A stretch of DNA of 63,098 nt, filler included, from Candidatus Tectimicrobiota bacterium (GTDB taxonomy: Bacteria > JACPSX01), in assembly GCA_016193065.1 (NCBI GenBank). It is 6 parts of 6 records of this genome, joined end to end, with 100 filler letters (N's around TTAATTAATTAA, not from the genome) between each part and the next. Parts side by side here need not be neighbours in the genome. Positions count along the whole stretch, not along the records: positions 5,603 to 9,967 come from JACPSX010000226.1; positions 10,068 to 41,001 come from JACPSX010000261.1; 4 more parts are not named here. One strand, given 5' to 3'. A program made the translations under genes and the position numbers. Below the pieces are notes generated by a model. It made no database searches and had not been told where the DNA came from. It worked only from the letters and a program-made list of their open reading frames with translations. Below, piece by piece: positions 9,071-17,352 of the stretch (position 1 is the stretch's first letter; every line of letters begins with the position of its first letter).

Positions 9071-9331
9071 TCAATCCAGCGGGGCAATCGGACGAAGGGG
9101 TACGCGGCTCTGCGCATCACTCCACGCTTCAACCAATTCCGCCTCGTGCAGTTTACCCCATTGCTTGACCAGAGCCAGGGCACGCCGCGGCAGGCGGCCT
9201 TTGAGAACGCGTCGCGAACGCACTGAAATCTCCGCTTCATGCGACCCGTAGATTGCATGAAAGTGCGGGGGGCCGTGATCTCGGTGGTACATGTAGATCG
9301 AGATCCCGTAGAAGTAGGAGATCCTCGCGAC
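9071..9331 (-). CDS. DUF4160 family protein (start codon appears lost)
   Basis: RISYFYGISIYMYHRDHGPPHFHAIYG...GRLPRRALALVKQW...IAPLD; GTC sits where the initiator is expected. Confidence 0.8.
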   Translation of the reverse strand, partial: VARISYFYGISIYMYHRDHGPPHFHAIYGSHEAEISVRSRRVLKGRLPRRALALVKQWGKLHEAELVEAWSDAQSRVPLRPIAPLD

Positions 9332-9884
9332 GCTGTTTGCCTATTAAGTATACTGACCGGCATATTCCGGTCTCGACGTTTCCCACTACTACGGCGATTC
9401 TCCTCGGGTTTCCAACACTTGTCAAGATTCTCTGGGCTCTACCCCGCGCCGGCAAACACTGACCGGCACAACGTATAGCGTTTTATCCCTGAGGCCCGAG
9501 AAGAAATGGGGGCAACTCAGACCCTGGAGAGGCCGGGGGATAAAACGTGTTGGACTAAACCGCTGAGCGATAATCTACTGGCTCCTATGGGGATTGTAAA
9601 GCGGGAAGGCGAGGGAGGAGGGAGCAGGCGGTCGGGTACGGAGGGGGGGGTTGGCCGGGATTCGGGTGCGAGCCGACCCCTTCCAGGGTCGTGCGGCATG
9701 ATCCCCGGCGCACGCGGATGGCTCCCGAAGAGCAGATTCCGGCCGGGGGAGAGACCTGTGCCGAGCCCGCACACAGCCCACTCATCCTACGCCCGGATCA
9801 GCTCCCACACCTCCCTGACTCGCCGTCTCAGTATCGAACCAGACCACCGAAGCAAATTCCAGACGTCCCAGCCGTAGCGGCTCA

Positions 9885-9943
9885 GTTCAACCCCGACTTG
9901 CAGCCGGACCTGTCGGTCCGCTGCGAAGTCTTATTCGTTCGGC
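9885..9943. mobile_element. attC-like hairpin
   Basis: GTTCAAC...GACTTGCAGCCGGAC-loop-GTCCGCTGCGAAGTC...GTTCGGC, 59 bp, with unpaired bases; spacers non-canonical. Confidence 0.45.
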
Positions 9944-9967
9944 GGCCACTGCGTTCGCTCGCGCGTC

Positions 9968-10067
9968 NNNNNNNNNNNNNNNNNNNNNNNNNNNNNNNNN
10001 NNNNNNNNNNNTTAATTAATTAANNNNNNNNNNNNNNNNNNNNNNNNNNNNNNNNNNNNNNNNNNNN
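9968..10067. other. Assembly linker
   Basis: N-run with TTAATTAATTAA. Confidence 0.99.
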
Positions 10068-10068
10068 A

Positions 10069-10443
10069 TTGGTGGTAGCAAGCAGGAGCCAGAAGAAGGA
10101 AGAGGCAAAGCCTCCTCCCACCGTTTCTCGTCAACCGGCCCGCCCCGCGGCACCAAGGCCCACGGCAGCGGACATCGCGGCTTGTAACGAGTACGCGAAG
10201 TCCGTCGCGGGCGACAAGACCGCCGAAACGGTAAAGGATGCCCTGATCGGAGGTGTGCTCGGTGCCGGGGTGGGAGCTGCTACCGGGGAAATTGCCGGAG
10301 GCGGCAGACGCACTGGCAGGGGAGCAGCCAGCGGTGGACTCACCGGAGCTGCGGCGGGAACGCTCTACGGGATCAACGAAGCCAAGAAAAACGATGCCCG
10401 GTACGTGGAAGCGTATCGGGCCTGCATGAGAGGACGGGCCTAA
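10069..10443 (+). CDS. Glycine-zipper protein, 5'-partial (paralog of 1-342)
   Basis: ACNEYAK...GGVLGAGVGAATGEIAGGG...YRACMRGR; two Cys flank the zipper. Confidence 0.85.
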   Translation: MVVASRSQKKEEAKPPPTVSRQPARPAAPRPTAADIAACNEYAKSVAGDKTAETVKDALIGGVLGAGVGAATGEIAGGGRRTGRGAASGGLTGAAAGTLYGINEAKKNDARYVEAYRACMRGRA

Positions 10444-10444
10444 G

Positions 10445-11236
10445 ATGAAAAGAAGGGGCGACCTTCGCGTTGTTGTGGGCATGATCTTCATCCTGCTCGG
10501 CGCCGCACCGGCCTTCGCTGCAGACCCAAGCGGGTCACTTTCGACCTCCGTAGACTACTCGAAGGGGGACTACGGTACCGGCGAAAACACAACGATTCTC
10601 TCCGTGCCGTTCATGCTTGGGGTGACACCGATCGACCGGCTAACGCTAAGCCTCACGGTGCCCTACATCCGACAGACGACGCAGACCGTCTTTGTCACGG
10701 GTGGTGGCGTTGCGAAGCGCCAAGGAAGGGAGCGTCAGCTCTCCCGCACCGAGGAGGGGTTGGGCGATATCCTGATGGAGGGTGAATATGTGCTGCTCGG
10801 TGAGCAACTCACCTCCCCCGAGGTCGCCGGTTCTCTCAAAATCAAGCTTCCGACCGCAGACGAGGACAGGGGCCTGGGAACGGGGGAGTTCGACGAGACG
10901 ATCGGTGTGGGCTTCAGCAAGACCTTCCTTGAGCGCCTGGGCCTGCACCTGGATTTGGGGTACACGTTCATCGGCTCGCCGCCAGGGACGGACTTCCGCA
11001 ACTCGTTTTCGTGGAGCACCGGCGCGGCTTACCTGGTGGCTCAGCCGATCTCGGTGTTCGCGTTCCTCGACGGCTCTACCGCGATCGCTCGAGATCAGAA
11101 GAATCCCCTGGAGTTCCGCTTTGGCACCGAGTACGAGCCCGCCAAAGCGGTGAGCCTTACCGGCTCATTGGGTGTCGGGCTGAGCGACGGCTCCCCCGAT
11201 CACAGCATCTCGGGCAGAGTCGCCTTTCCGTTCTGA
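10445..11236 (+). CDS. Outer-membrane beta-barrel protein (putative transporter, MetA-pathway/CoxB-like)
   Basis: Signal peptide AFA-A, GLGDI and KLPTAD..GLGTGEFD motifs, amphipathic strands, C-terminal Phe. Confidence 0.75.
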   Translation: MKRRGDLRVVVGMIFILLGAAPAFAADPSGSLSTSVDYSKGDYGTGENTTILSVPFMLGVTPIDRLTLSLTVPYIRQTTQTVFVTGGGVAKRQGRERQLSRTEEGLGDILMEGEYVLLGEQLTSPEVAGSLKIKLPTADEDRGLGTGEFDETIGVGFSKTFLERLGLHLDLGYTFIGSPPGTDFRNSFSWSTGAAYLVAQPISVFAFLDGSTAIARDQKNPLEFRFGTEYEPAKAVSLTGSLGVGLSDGSPDHSISGRVAFPF

Positions 11237-11314
11237 CGTTGTTGGGCGCTCCGGCGCATCCGGAGCATTGACAGGGTAGCAAGCGTTTAACGACTCGTAA
11301 AGGAGGATCCAACC

Positions 11315-11908
11315 ATGAGGTATATCCTGGTTACGACGCTTTTGACGATCACGATGCTGGCAGCGCCGGTGCTAGCGCAGACGACGGATCAGGGAACATT
11401 TGACTCGCTCCCTCCGGGCGAGCAGAAAATCGCCGATGCGCTGTTCAACGCGCAGGTGACAAACTCGACAGAGGGATCCCCGACTCCCCTTACCCGAGAC
11501 GACATTGCGACGATGAAGCAGAGCGGCAAAGGATGGGGGGAGATCTTCCAAGAGATGAAGTCTCAGGGGTTGGTGCAAGAGAAGAACCTGGGGCGGGTGG
11601 TCAGCGGGTCTGCCCGGGAGCACCGGGGAGCTTCCTCCGCCACACGAACGGAGGCACGCGAAGGGAAGTCCATGACCGGGGCATTGCGGACGCCCGAGTC
11701 CGGAAGCGCCACGGGGAGAAGCCGGGACCATTTCCGGGGGCAAGTTGAAGAGAACAGTCGCGCGACGTTCTCTTCCCATGGTCGTTCCGGATGGCGCGCC
11801 TCCTCGGGACCGGGGCAGTGGAGGAAAGGCTTTGGAAACAGCTTCGACACCGGCGGGTTCGGCCGCAGCGGCCACGGAGCAGGCCACGGAAGGGGTGGCC
11901 GGAAGTGA
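11315..11908 (+). CDS. Secreted hypothetical protein with GKGWGEI motif, copy 1
   Basis: RBS AGGAGG, signal peptide VLA-Q, domain shared with 13278-13892, Gly/Arg-rich tail. Confidence 0.8.
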   Translation: MRYILVTTLLTITMLAAPVLAQTTDQGTFDSLPPGEQKIADALFNAQVTNSTEGSPTPLTRDDIATMKQSGKGWGEIFQEMKSQGLVQEKNLGRVVSGSAREHRGASSATRTEAREGKSMTGALRTPESGSATGRSRDHFRGQVEENSRATFSSHGRSGWRASSGPGQWRKGFGNSFDTGGFGRSGHGAGHGRGGRK

Positions 11909-11981
11909 TCTGGAAATTTTCTCTCTCTTCACGTTACCGGTCGTCTCTGTCATTCACGTCACAGACACCCCTCCCCTGCTG

Positions 11982-12016
11982 TGTAACACTTACAGTCCCA
12001 CAGTGTAAAGTTTACA
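11982..12016. promoter_or_regulatory. Paired palindromic enhancer-like sites (TGTAA-N3-TTACA)
   Basis: TGTAACACTTACA (11982-11994) and TGTAAAGTTTACA (12004-12016), 22 bp apart. Confidence 0.75.
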
Positions 12017-12125
12017 TGCTTCTCTTCCAAAGTAAGTTCAATACCCCTCTCGTCTCTCCCACTTGAATCTCAAAAGACCCAGAAAAACCGAGGCTTCCCA
12101 CCGGGAGCGGTGAACTCCCTGCGAT

Positions 12126-12140
12126 TGGCACATCCGTTGC
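12126..12140 (+). promoter_or_regulatory. Sigma-54 (-24/-12) promoter
   Basis: TGGCAC-ATCCG-TTGC. Confidence 0.85.
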
Positions 12141-12181
12141 TCTAGCGAGGGAGCGATCTGTTTGGTAGGGAGATCCTCGAG

Positions 12182-12640
12182 GTGGGTAAAGCCTTTGATG
12201 AAATTTTGCGGAAATCTCTTCTAGCGAGAGTGGGTGGGCAATCGGTGGCAGTGGAAAAGGTGACAGTACAAAAAAGGATTCTCATTGTGGACGCTTATCT
12301 CCACAGTCTTGAGGGCCTGAGATGGTCCCTGATGCATGGGGAATGGAAGGTGGAAACAGCTACGGACACCTGGCAGGCCATCAAGAAGGTAAAGGAAAGC
12401 CCGTTCGAGGTGGCGATCATCGACCTGGGCCTGCCACCCGTTCACGGTCTGACGATGAGTGGTTGGGATCTGGTGCGAATCTTCCGGGCGTTCCACCCGG
12501 GGATTTCCATCATTGTGGTAAGCGCGGACGGAGGTCCGGAAGTGAAAGCGCAAGCCGAGCTTCTGAAGGTGTCGGAGTTTCTCGAAAAACCGATCGATCT
12601 CGCCCGGTTGAAGGCAGTCGTGAGCAGGCTCGATCCATAA
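12182..12640 (+). CDS. Single-domain response regulator, copy 2
   Basis: Receiver nearly identical to 624-1031; start uncertain. Confidence 0.85.
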   Translation: MGKAFDEILRKSLLARVGGQSVAVEKVTVQKRILIVDAYLHSLEGLRWSLMHGEWKVETATDTWQAIKKVKESPFEVAIIDLGLPPVHGLTMSGWDLVRIFRAFHPGISIIVVSADGGPEVKAQAELLKVSEFLEKPIDLARLKAVVSRLDP

Positions 12641-12668
12641 CCGGGAACGGCCAGAGGAGGAAGCAATT

Positions 12669-12767
12669 ATGAAATTTCTCCTAAGCGCGTTCCTAATTGT
12701 CGTGATGTTGTCCGTAACTCCGGGGTGCGCAGGTCTGACTACTCAGTAGCGGCGCGCGCTGACATAG
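12669..12767 (+). pseudogene. Remnant of the small glycine-zipper lipoprotein
   Basis: MKFLLSAFLIVVMLSVTPGCAGLTTQ*RRALT* aligns with MRLISAFLIVVMLFGSTGCAGLTPQQQRALT (365-595); TAG replaces a CAG and the zipper is missing. Confidence 0.8.
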
Positions 12768-12786
12768 AGCAATGAGGAGGACTTTT

Positions 12787-13185
12787 ATGAAATCCGGAAA
12801 AGGTCTGATCAGTTTGGTAGGAGCGGCAATCTTGCTCGGAGCGGCCGGTGCCCAGGCCCAGAATCAAGTCGGCCCATGGATGGGAAGTCTCGCGCAGGAG
12901 AAGCCAGATCGGGAGAGTTGTGTGTCAGTGGTTTACTTCCTGATCGAGGATGACCGCAGCGCTGTGGATCAGTGGGAGCGACCGCGAGTTGTGATCCTTC
13001 TTGTCAGTGTTGACGAGTGGCAAGATGCGGAGACCTGGGCAGAGGATCCTGCTCCGGGAAGCATGGCCCGGGAGCGGCCGGATCGAGAAATACGTTGCCC
13101 CGAGGTGTCCGCCCTGATGCCGGGAACGGAAGAATCGGGAGATCAACCAGACTCCGAGTCAGGAGGCTCTACGGAATCCTGCTGA
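12787..13185 (+). CDS. Secreted acidic hypothetical protein
   Basis: RBS GAGGAGG, signal peptide AQA-Q; internal repeat GSLAQEKPDRE / GSMARERPDRE. Confidence 0.6.
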   Translation: MKSGKGLISLVGAAILLGAAGAQAQNQVGPWMGSLAQEKPDRESCVSVVYFLIEDDRSAVDQWERPRVVILLVSVDEWQDAETWAEDPAPGSMARERPDREIRCPEVSALMPGTEESGDQPDSESGGSTESC

Positions 13186-13206
13186 TCAGGTAAGGAAAAT
13201 AGGACC

Positions 13207-13245
13207 ATGGCAAAGGATATTTGGAATCCCTGGAAGAGTAAGTGA
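13207..13245 (+). pseudogene. N-terminal remnant of the glycine-zipper gene
   Basis: MAKDIWNPWKSK* versus MSKNTWNPWKM of 1-342; joined directly to a leader homologous to that of 11315. Confidence 0.65.
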
Positions 13246-13277
13246 GCGTTTAACAACTCGTGAAGGAGGATCGAATC

Positions 13278-13892
13278 ATGCGGTACATTTTCATCACCAC
13301 ACTTTTGGCGACCACGATGCTGGCATCACCGGTGCTGGCACAGACGGTCACTGCGACCCAGTCCACAACGGTTCAGGCGAACACAAACCTGAAAGCGTAC
13401 AACTCACTCTCTCCGGGTAACCAGATGATCGCTCGGGCGTTGTTCAGCACTCAGGTGTCGAGTTCGACTTCCGCAAGCACTAAGCCTCTCACCCTGAATC
13501 AAATCGCCACGATGAAGGAAAGTGGCAAGGGTTGGGCGGAAATCTTTGAGGGCATGAAAGCCCAGGGCCGGTTGCAGGACAAAACTCTGGGGCAAGTGGT
13601 TAGCAGGTATAACCGCCTGCAACGGGTGAACGCGTCCCAGATCACCAAGATTGAGGAAAGTAATCAGACCTCGATAAAGGATAAAAGCCGAGGTGATCTT
13701 GATGACAGAGATGTAGAGGGTAGTCTACGGTCAACCCTTCCAAACAATCCCGAACCCCGTAGCTCCTCCTCAGGATCAGTCCAGGGGAACGTGGACAACT
13801 CTTTCAGCGTGGGGTATGGCGCCGGTTCCAGAGGACCGGGTGGAGGGCTTGGCGGAGGCGGCCGTGTCGGTGTTGGCCTAGGCCGCCGTTAG
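13278..13892 (+). CDS. Secreted hypothetical protein with GKGWAEI motif, copy 2
   Basis: MRYIFITTLL signal peptide; LSPGNQMIARALF...IATMKESGKGWAEIFEGMKAQG..QDKTLGQVVS. Confidence 0.8.
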   Translation: MRYIFITTLLATTMLASPVLAQTVTATQSTTVQANTNLKAYNSLSPGNQMIARALFSTQVSSSTSASTKPLTLNQIATMKESGKGWAEIFEGMKAQGRLQDKTLGQVVSRYNRLQRVNASQITKIEESNQTSIKDKSRGDLDDRDVEGSLRSTLPNNPEPRSSSSGSVQGNVDNSFSVGYGAGSRGPGGGLGGGGRVGVGLGRR

Positions 13893-13907
13893 GGCTAGAA
13901 GAAGATC

Positions 13908-15950
13908 ATGCCCGGCAGGAATGAAGGTGCCCCACTCCCCCACCGGCTGCTGGAATTCTGGCGCCGCCGGCCCGCGGCCGGCAGGGGGATCCTGCTGGGC
14001 GTGGCGGTTGTAGTTCCAGCGGGCCTCTTGATCTTTCTGGTGGTCCTTCTTTCCTTGCCCCCGGTGACCGGATTGGAGGAGTTGCGGTCGATCCAGAGTG
14101 TTCAACTGTACGATGAGAACGATGAACCAATCCCGGGATCCCTTAGGGGGCAGAGGATCTTCATACCACTGGCCAAGATCCCCAAAACGCTCAGAGATGC
14201 AGTCATTGCCGTAGAGGATGCCCGGTTTTACTCTCATTTCGGTGTGGACCCCACCGGGGTGGCCCGCGCGATCTATCAGAACCTTCGCCACGGGCGCATC
14301 GTGGAAGGCGGCAGCACGATCACTCAGCAACTGGCCAGGGTTCTGTTCCTCACTTCGGACAGGCGTCTGGATAGGAAGATTAGCGAACTGGTTCTCGCCC
14401 TGGAGCTGGAGCACCGGTACTCGAAAGACCAGATTCTAGAGATGTATCTGAACCGGGTTTACTTCGGTCACGGTGCGTACGGTGTGGAGGCGGCTGCGAA
14501 GACGTATTTCGGCAAGCCTGTAACCGAGCTTTCTCTTTCCGAGGCCGCGCTGCTGGCCGGCATCCCTCGCGCGCCGGGGCTCTACTCGCCGTTTAATTAC
14601 CCGGATCTGGCCCTGCGCCGCCGGACGCATGTGCTAAATCGGATGGTGGAAACAGGGGTTCTAAAACCGGCCGTTGCTCAACGGGCCAAGACAGCCGGTC
14701 TGCGCCTGGTTCCTCCCGATCGGCGAACTACGGGTCTGTACTTTGTTGAGTTTGTCCGCGAGATGTTGATCGAAAAGTACGGAGAGGACATGGTGTTCAG
14801 GGGCGGCCTTCAGGTTCACACCACTCTGTCTCCCCGCTTGCAACGACTGGCCGAGCAAGCCTTGCTTCAGGGCCTCAAGAATCTGGAGTCTCGGACTCTG
14901 CCTGTCCCCGCCAGCAAGCGCGGAATACCGTCGGGAGCACCGGAAGGAGCTATCCTTACGATCGAGCCCGGGACCGGATACATTAAGGCGATGGTCGGCG
15001 GCGCTGACTTTTTCCGCAGCGAGTTTAACCGGGCCGTGACGGCCAGGCGGCAGCCGGGATCGGCCTTCAAACCGTTTGTCTATCTCGCCGCCCTGGAAGC
15101 CGGGCTCACACCGGCGACTTGGATCGAGGACAGCCCGGTGAGTTACAAGATCGGGCGCAACGGAAAACCGTGGCGGCCCGCCAACTACGGCGGGAAATAT
15201 AACGGCGCCATTACACTCCAGCAAGGCCTGGAGGAGTCGGTGAACGTGGCAACTGTGAAACTTCAGGAGAAGATCGGCATTCAGCGGACCATCGGATTGG
15301 CCCATCGTCTGGGGATTCGAAGCCCTCTCCACGAGGATCTCTCGCTGGCACTGGGAACCTCTGATCTCTCACTACTGGAACTGACGGGGGCATACGCTGC
15401 CCTGGCAAATCAGGGTGTTTGGATCTCACCCACCCCCATCCGTTACATTACGGACGCCCAAGGAAAGCTATTGGAGATGTACGTGCCGCAACTGCAGCGA
15501 GCAATATCGCGGGAACTGGCTTATGTCATCACTCACATGCTGATGGGCGTTGTGGAGCGAGGCACCGGGAAAACAGCTAAGGCGCTCGGCCGACCGATCG
15601 CGGGAAAAACAGGGACCACGAATGACTACTCGAACGCCTGGTTCATCGGGTACACCCCGAGCCTGGTCACCGGAGTGTGGGTAGGCTACGACCAGCCCAG
15701 GAGTCTCGGGAAAGAAGAGACGGGGGCGCGTGCGGCGCTACCGATTTGGGTCCGCTACATCGGCAAGGCCCTGGCGAACTCCCCTCCTGAGAATTTCCCG
15801 GTTCCTGAAGGGGTGGTGTCGGTCCCCGTGGACCTAAACGCGTCTGGGACCTGCGCTCGCCCGGTGGAGATGGCCTTCCTCCAGGGCACAGAACCCTCTA
15901 ATACCTGCGGTGGATTTCTCAGCATATTCCGCCGGATGTTCCACTTTTAA
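13908..15950 (+). CDS. Class A penicillin-binding protein (PBP1A family)
   Basis: Transglycosylase EDARFYSH, GGSTITQQL, RKISE; transpeptidase SAFK, SVN, KTG. Confidence 0.95.
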   Translation: MPGRNEGAPLPHRLLEFWRRRPAAGRGILLGVAVVVPAGLLIFLVVLLSLPPVTGLEELRSIQSVQLYDENDEPIPGSLRGQRIFIPLAKIPKTLRDAVIAVEDARFYSHFGVDPTGVARAIYQNLRHGRIVEGGSTITQQLARVLFLTSDRRLDRKISELVLALELEHRYSKDQILEMYLNRVYFGHGAYGVEAAAKTYFGKPVTELSLSEAALLAGIPRAPGLYSPFNYPDLALRRRTHVLNRMVETGVLKPAVAQRAKTAGLRLVPPDRRTTGLYFVEFVREMLIEKYGEDMVFRGGLQVHTTLSPRLQRLAEQALLQGLKNLESRTLPVPASKRGIPSGAPEGAILTIEPGTGYIKAMVGGADFFRSEFNRAVTARRQPGSAFKPFVYLAALEAGLTPATWIEDSPVSYKIGRNGKPWRPANYGGKYNGAITLQQGLEESVNVATVKLQEKIGIQRTIGLAHRLGIRSPLHEDLSLALGTSDLSLLELTGAYAALANQGVWISPTPIRYITDAQGKLLEMYVPQLQRAISRELAYVITHMLMGVVERGTGKTAKALGRPIAGKTGTTNDYSNAWFIGYTPSLVTGVWVGYDQPRSLGKEETGARAALPIWVRYIGKALANSPPENFPVPEGVVSVPVDLNASGTCARPVEMAFLQGTEPSNTCGGFLSIFRRMFHF

Positions 15951-16180
15951 CCCTGATCCGAAATTCCCCGCCGGGGTCATTCGGCGTTGGCCCGCGGGTG
16001 ACACCCGCCGGGCGGGTACCCGGGACGCCTCCGCAGAGCCGCGCCGGGCACCGAGCCGGCCGCAGGCAGGGCTAGGTCGGGTTCGAGGAGGCGCCCCCGG
16101 GTACCCGCAGAGTGGGTGCACTTTGTGGGCACCCGCCCTGGCCGGGTACCCGCTTTGCGGGTGCAGGTCCTGCGGGCCAA
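15948..16180. repeat. Dispersed hairpin repeat family B, copy 1 (with GGGTACCC inserts)
   Basis: TAACCC..TCCGAAATTCCCC..TCATTCGG..TTGGCCCGCGGGT..GCCTCCGCAGAGCCGCGC..TCGAGGAGGCGCCCC..CCTGCGGGCCAA shared with 26044-26198. Confidence 0.85.
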
Positions 16181-16194
16181 TCGAGGGCCCGTCT

Positions 16195-17301
16195 CTATTT
16201 TTTCTGGAAGAACCGGACCATCTTGACTTCGACCCCGACCTTCGCGCATGCTTCGTTGAACATCTGCAGGATGCGGGGATCCTCATCGTCATACTCGATC
16301 TGGTCCCCGCCGAGTTTCACGCTGATCTCGCTCTTTCCCGCGGTGTTCACGTCCCGGCCCCGGGCGATTTCCTCTCCGCGCCGGTATTTCCGGCTCCCCC
16401 AGCGCAGGGCCAGGTAGCGAGCGGGATCTGCCCCCGCGTTGAAATGCTGATGAAACCAGCGCTCGGGGGGAACAAACAGGCTCCCCACGCGCCAGTCGAT
16501 CCGGGTCATCTCCTGCCCCTCAGGCCACAGCAGGGAGTAACCCTTTCCACCAATGATGAAGACATGGGCGCCGGGTCCGTGCCGGTGCGCTTTCTTGTAA
16601 GTCCCCACTGGAAACTCGGAAATGTGGGCCGCCATGGTGTTGTTGGCCAGCTCAAACATCACGTTGGAGCCCCCGGCACCCCGGGCCTCCCAGGTGGAGA
16701 GCTTGAAGTTTGTAACATCCGCCACGAAGTTCGTATCCCACACCCGGCCCGGAAAGGAAACACCATGGCCGCTGAAGTAGTCATCCTCGCCGCTGAACCG
16801 ATCCCGGAATTGAAACGGGTTGTTGAAGATAAAATCAAGATTGTGGAGGAGATTGATCATGGTGGGAGCCGTCGTCACGGCCACGTACCGGGCGGGTTGA
16901 TCCCCCTGGCCGTTGAAATGCTGGTGCCATGCGTTCAGGGGGGGAGAGAAGAGGCTACCGGCCTGCCATTCAAAGGTCAGCTTCTTCCCCCCTTCTTGCC
17001 ACACCGTGGTGGCACCTCGACCGCTCAGGACAAAGATGAGCTCTTCAAAGAGGTGGCGCTGCGGCTTCAAGCTGCCCCCCGGGGGAATCTCACACACATA
17101 GGCGTCGTTTGTCTGGCCGGTCCCTTCCAAATTAATAAAGGCCCCCAGCCCCCCCTTGCGCTCCCAGGGCTCAAGGGCCAGAGTCCTTAAATCCTCCACA
17201 AAAAAGCCGGTGTGGATCGGGATCCCTTCCCCCTGGATCCACTTCTCGTACGAGGTCAGTTCGCTCAACGTCCCGGTTGCCGCCTCTTTTGGCTCCGCCA
17301 T
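16195..17301 (-). CDS. Bicupin protein (gentisate dioxygenase-like fold)
   Basis: Two cupin motifs: RHLFEE...WHQH and AHRHGPGAH...FHQH. Confidence 0.8.
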   Translation of the reverse strand: MAEPKEAATGTLSELTSYEKWIQGEGIPIHTGFFVEDLRTLALEPWERKGGLGAFINLEGTGQTNDAYVCEIPPGGSLKPQRHLFEELIFVLSGRGATTVWQEGGKKLTFEWQAGSLFSPPLNAWHQHFNGQGDQPARYVAVTTAPTMINLLHNLDFIFNNPFQFRDRFSGEDDYFSGHGVSFPGRVWDTNFVADVTNFKLSTWEARGAGGSNVMFELANNTMAAHISEFPVGTYKKAHRHGPGAHVFIIGGKGYSLLWPEGQEMTRIDWRVGSLFVPPERWFHQHFNAGADPARYLALRWGSRKYRRGEEIARGRDVNTAGKSEISVKLGGDQIEYDDEDPRILQMFNEACAKVGVEVKMVRFFQKK

Positions 17302-17352
17302 GCAATCTTCCTCCTTTTGATCGTTAAATGCCTGCCGCGGCGAAACGCTCGT

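Noticed and set aside
9787-9835. Minus-strand peptide ILRRRVREVWELIRA* as a gene tail cut by the attC-like site
   Set aside because: Too short to assign to any family from sequence alone.
13183-13245. Cys-TGA at the end of 12787-13185 as a second selenocysteine site
   Set aside because: No convincing hairpin follows, no homology argues for read-through, and the downstream codons are explained as a gene remnant.
15948-16180. CRISPR array among the palindromic repeats
   Set aside because: No regularly spaced identical repeats with unique spacers and no cas genes anywhere in the window.
15910-17190. Long antisense ORFs (for example 15910-17190, 3490-4548, 22696-23706, 50784-51881, 60253-61377)
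   Set aside because: They are shadows of well-supported opposite-strand genes in GC-rich DNA and carry no recognisable motifs.
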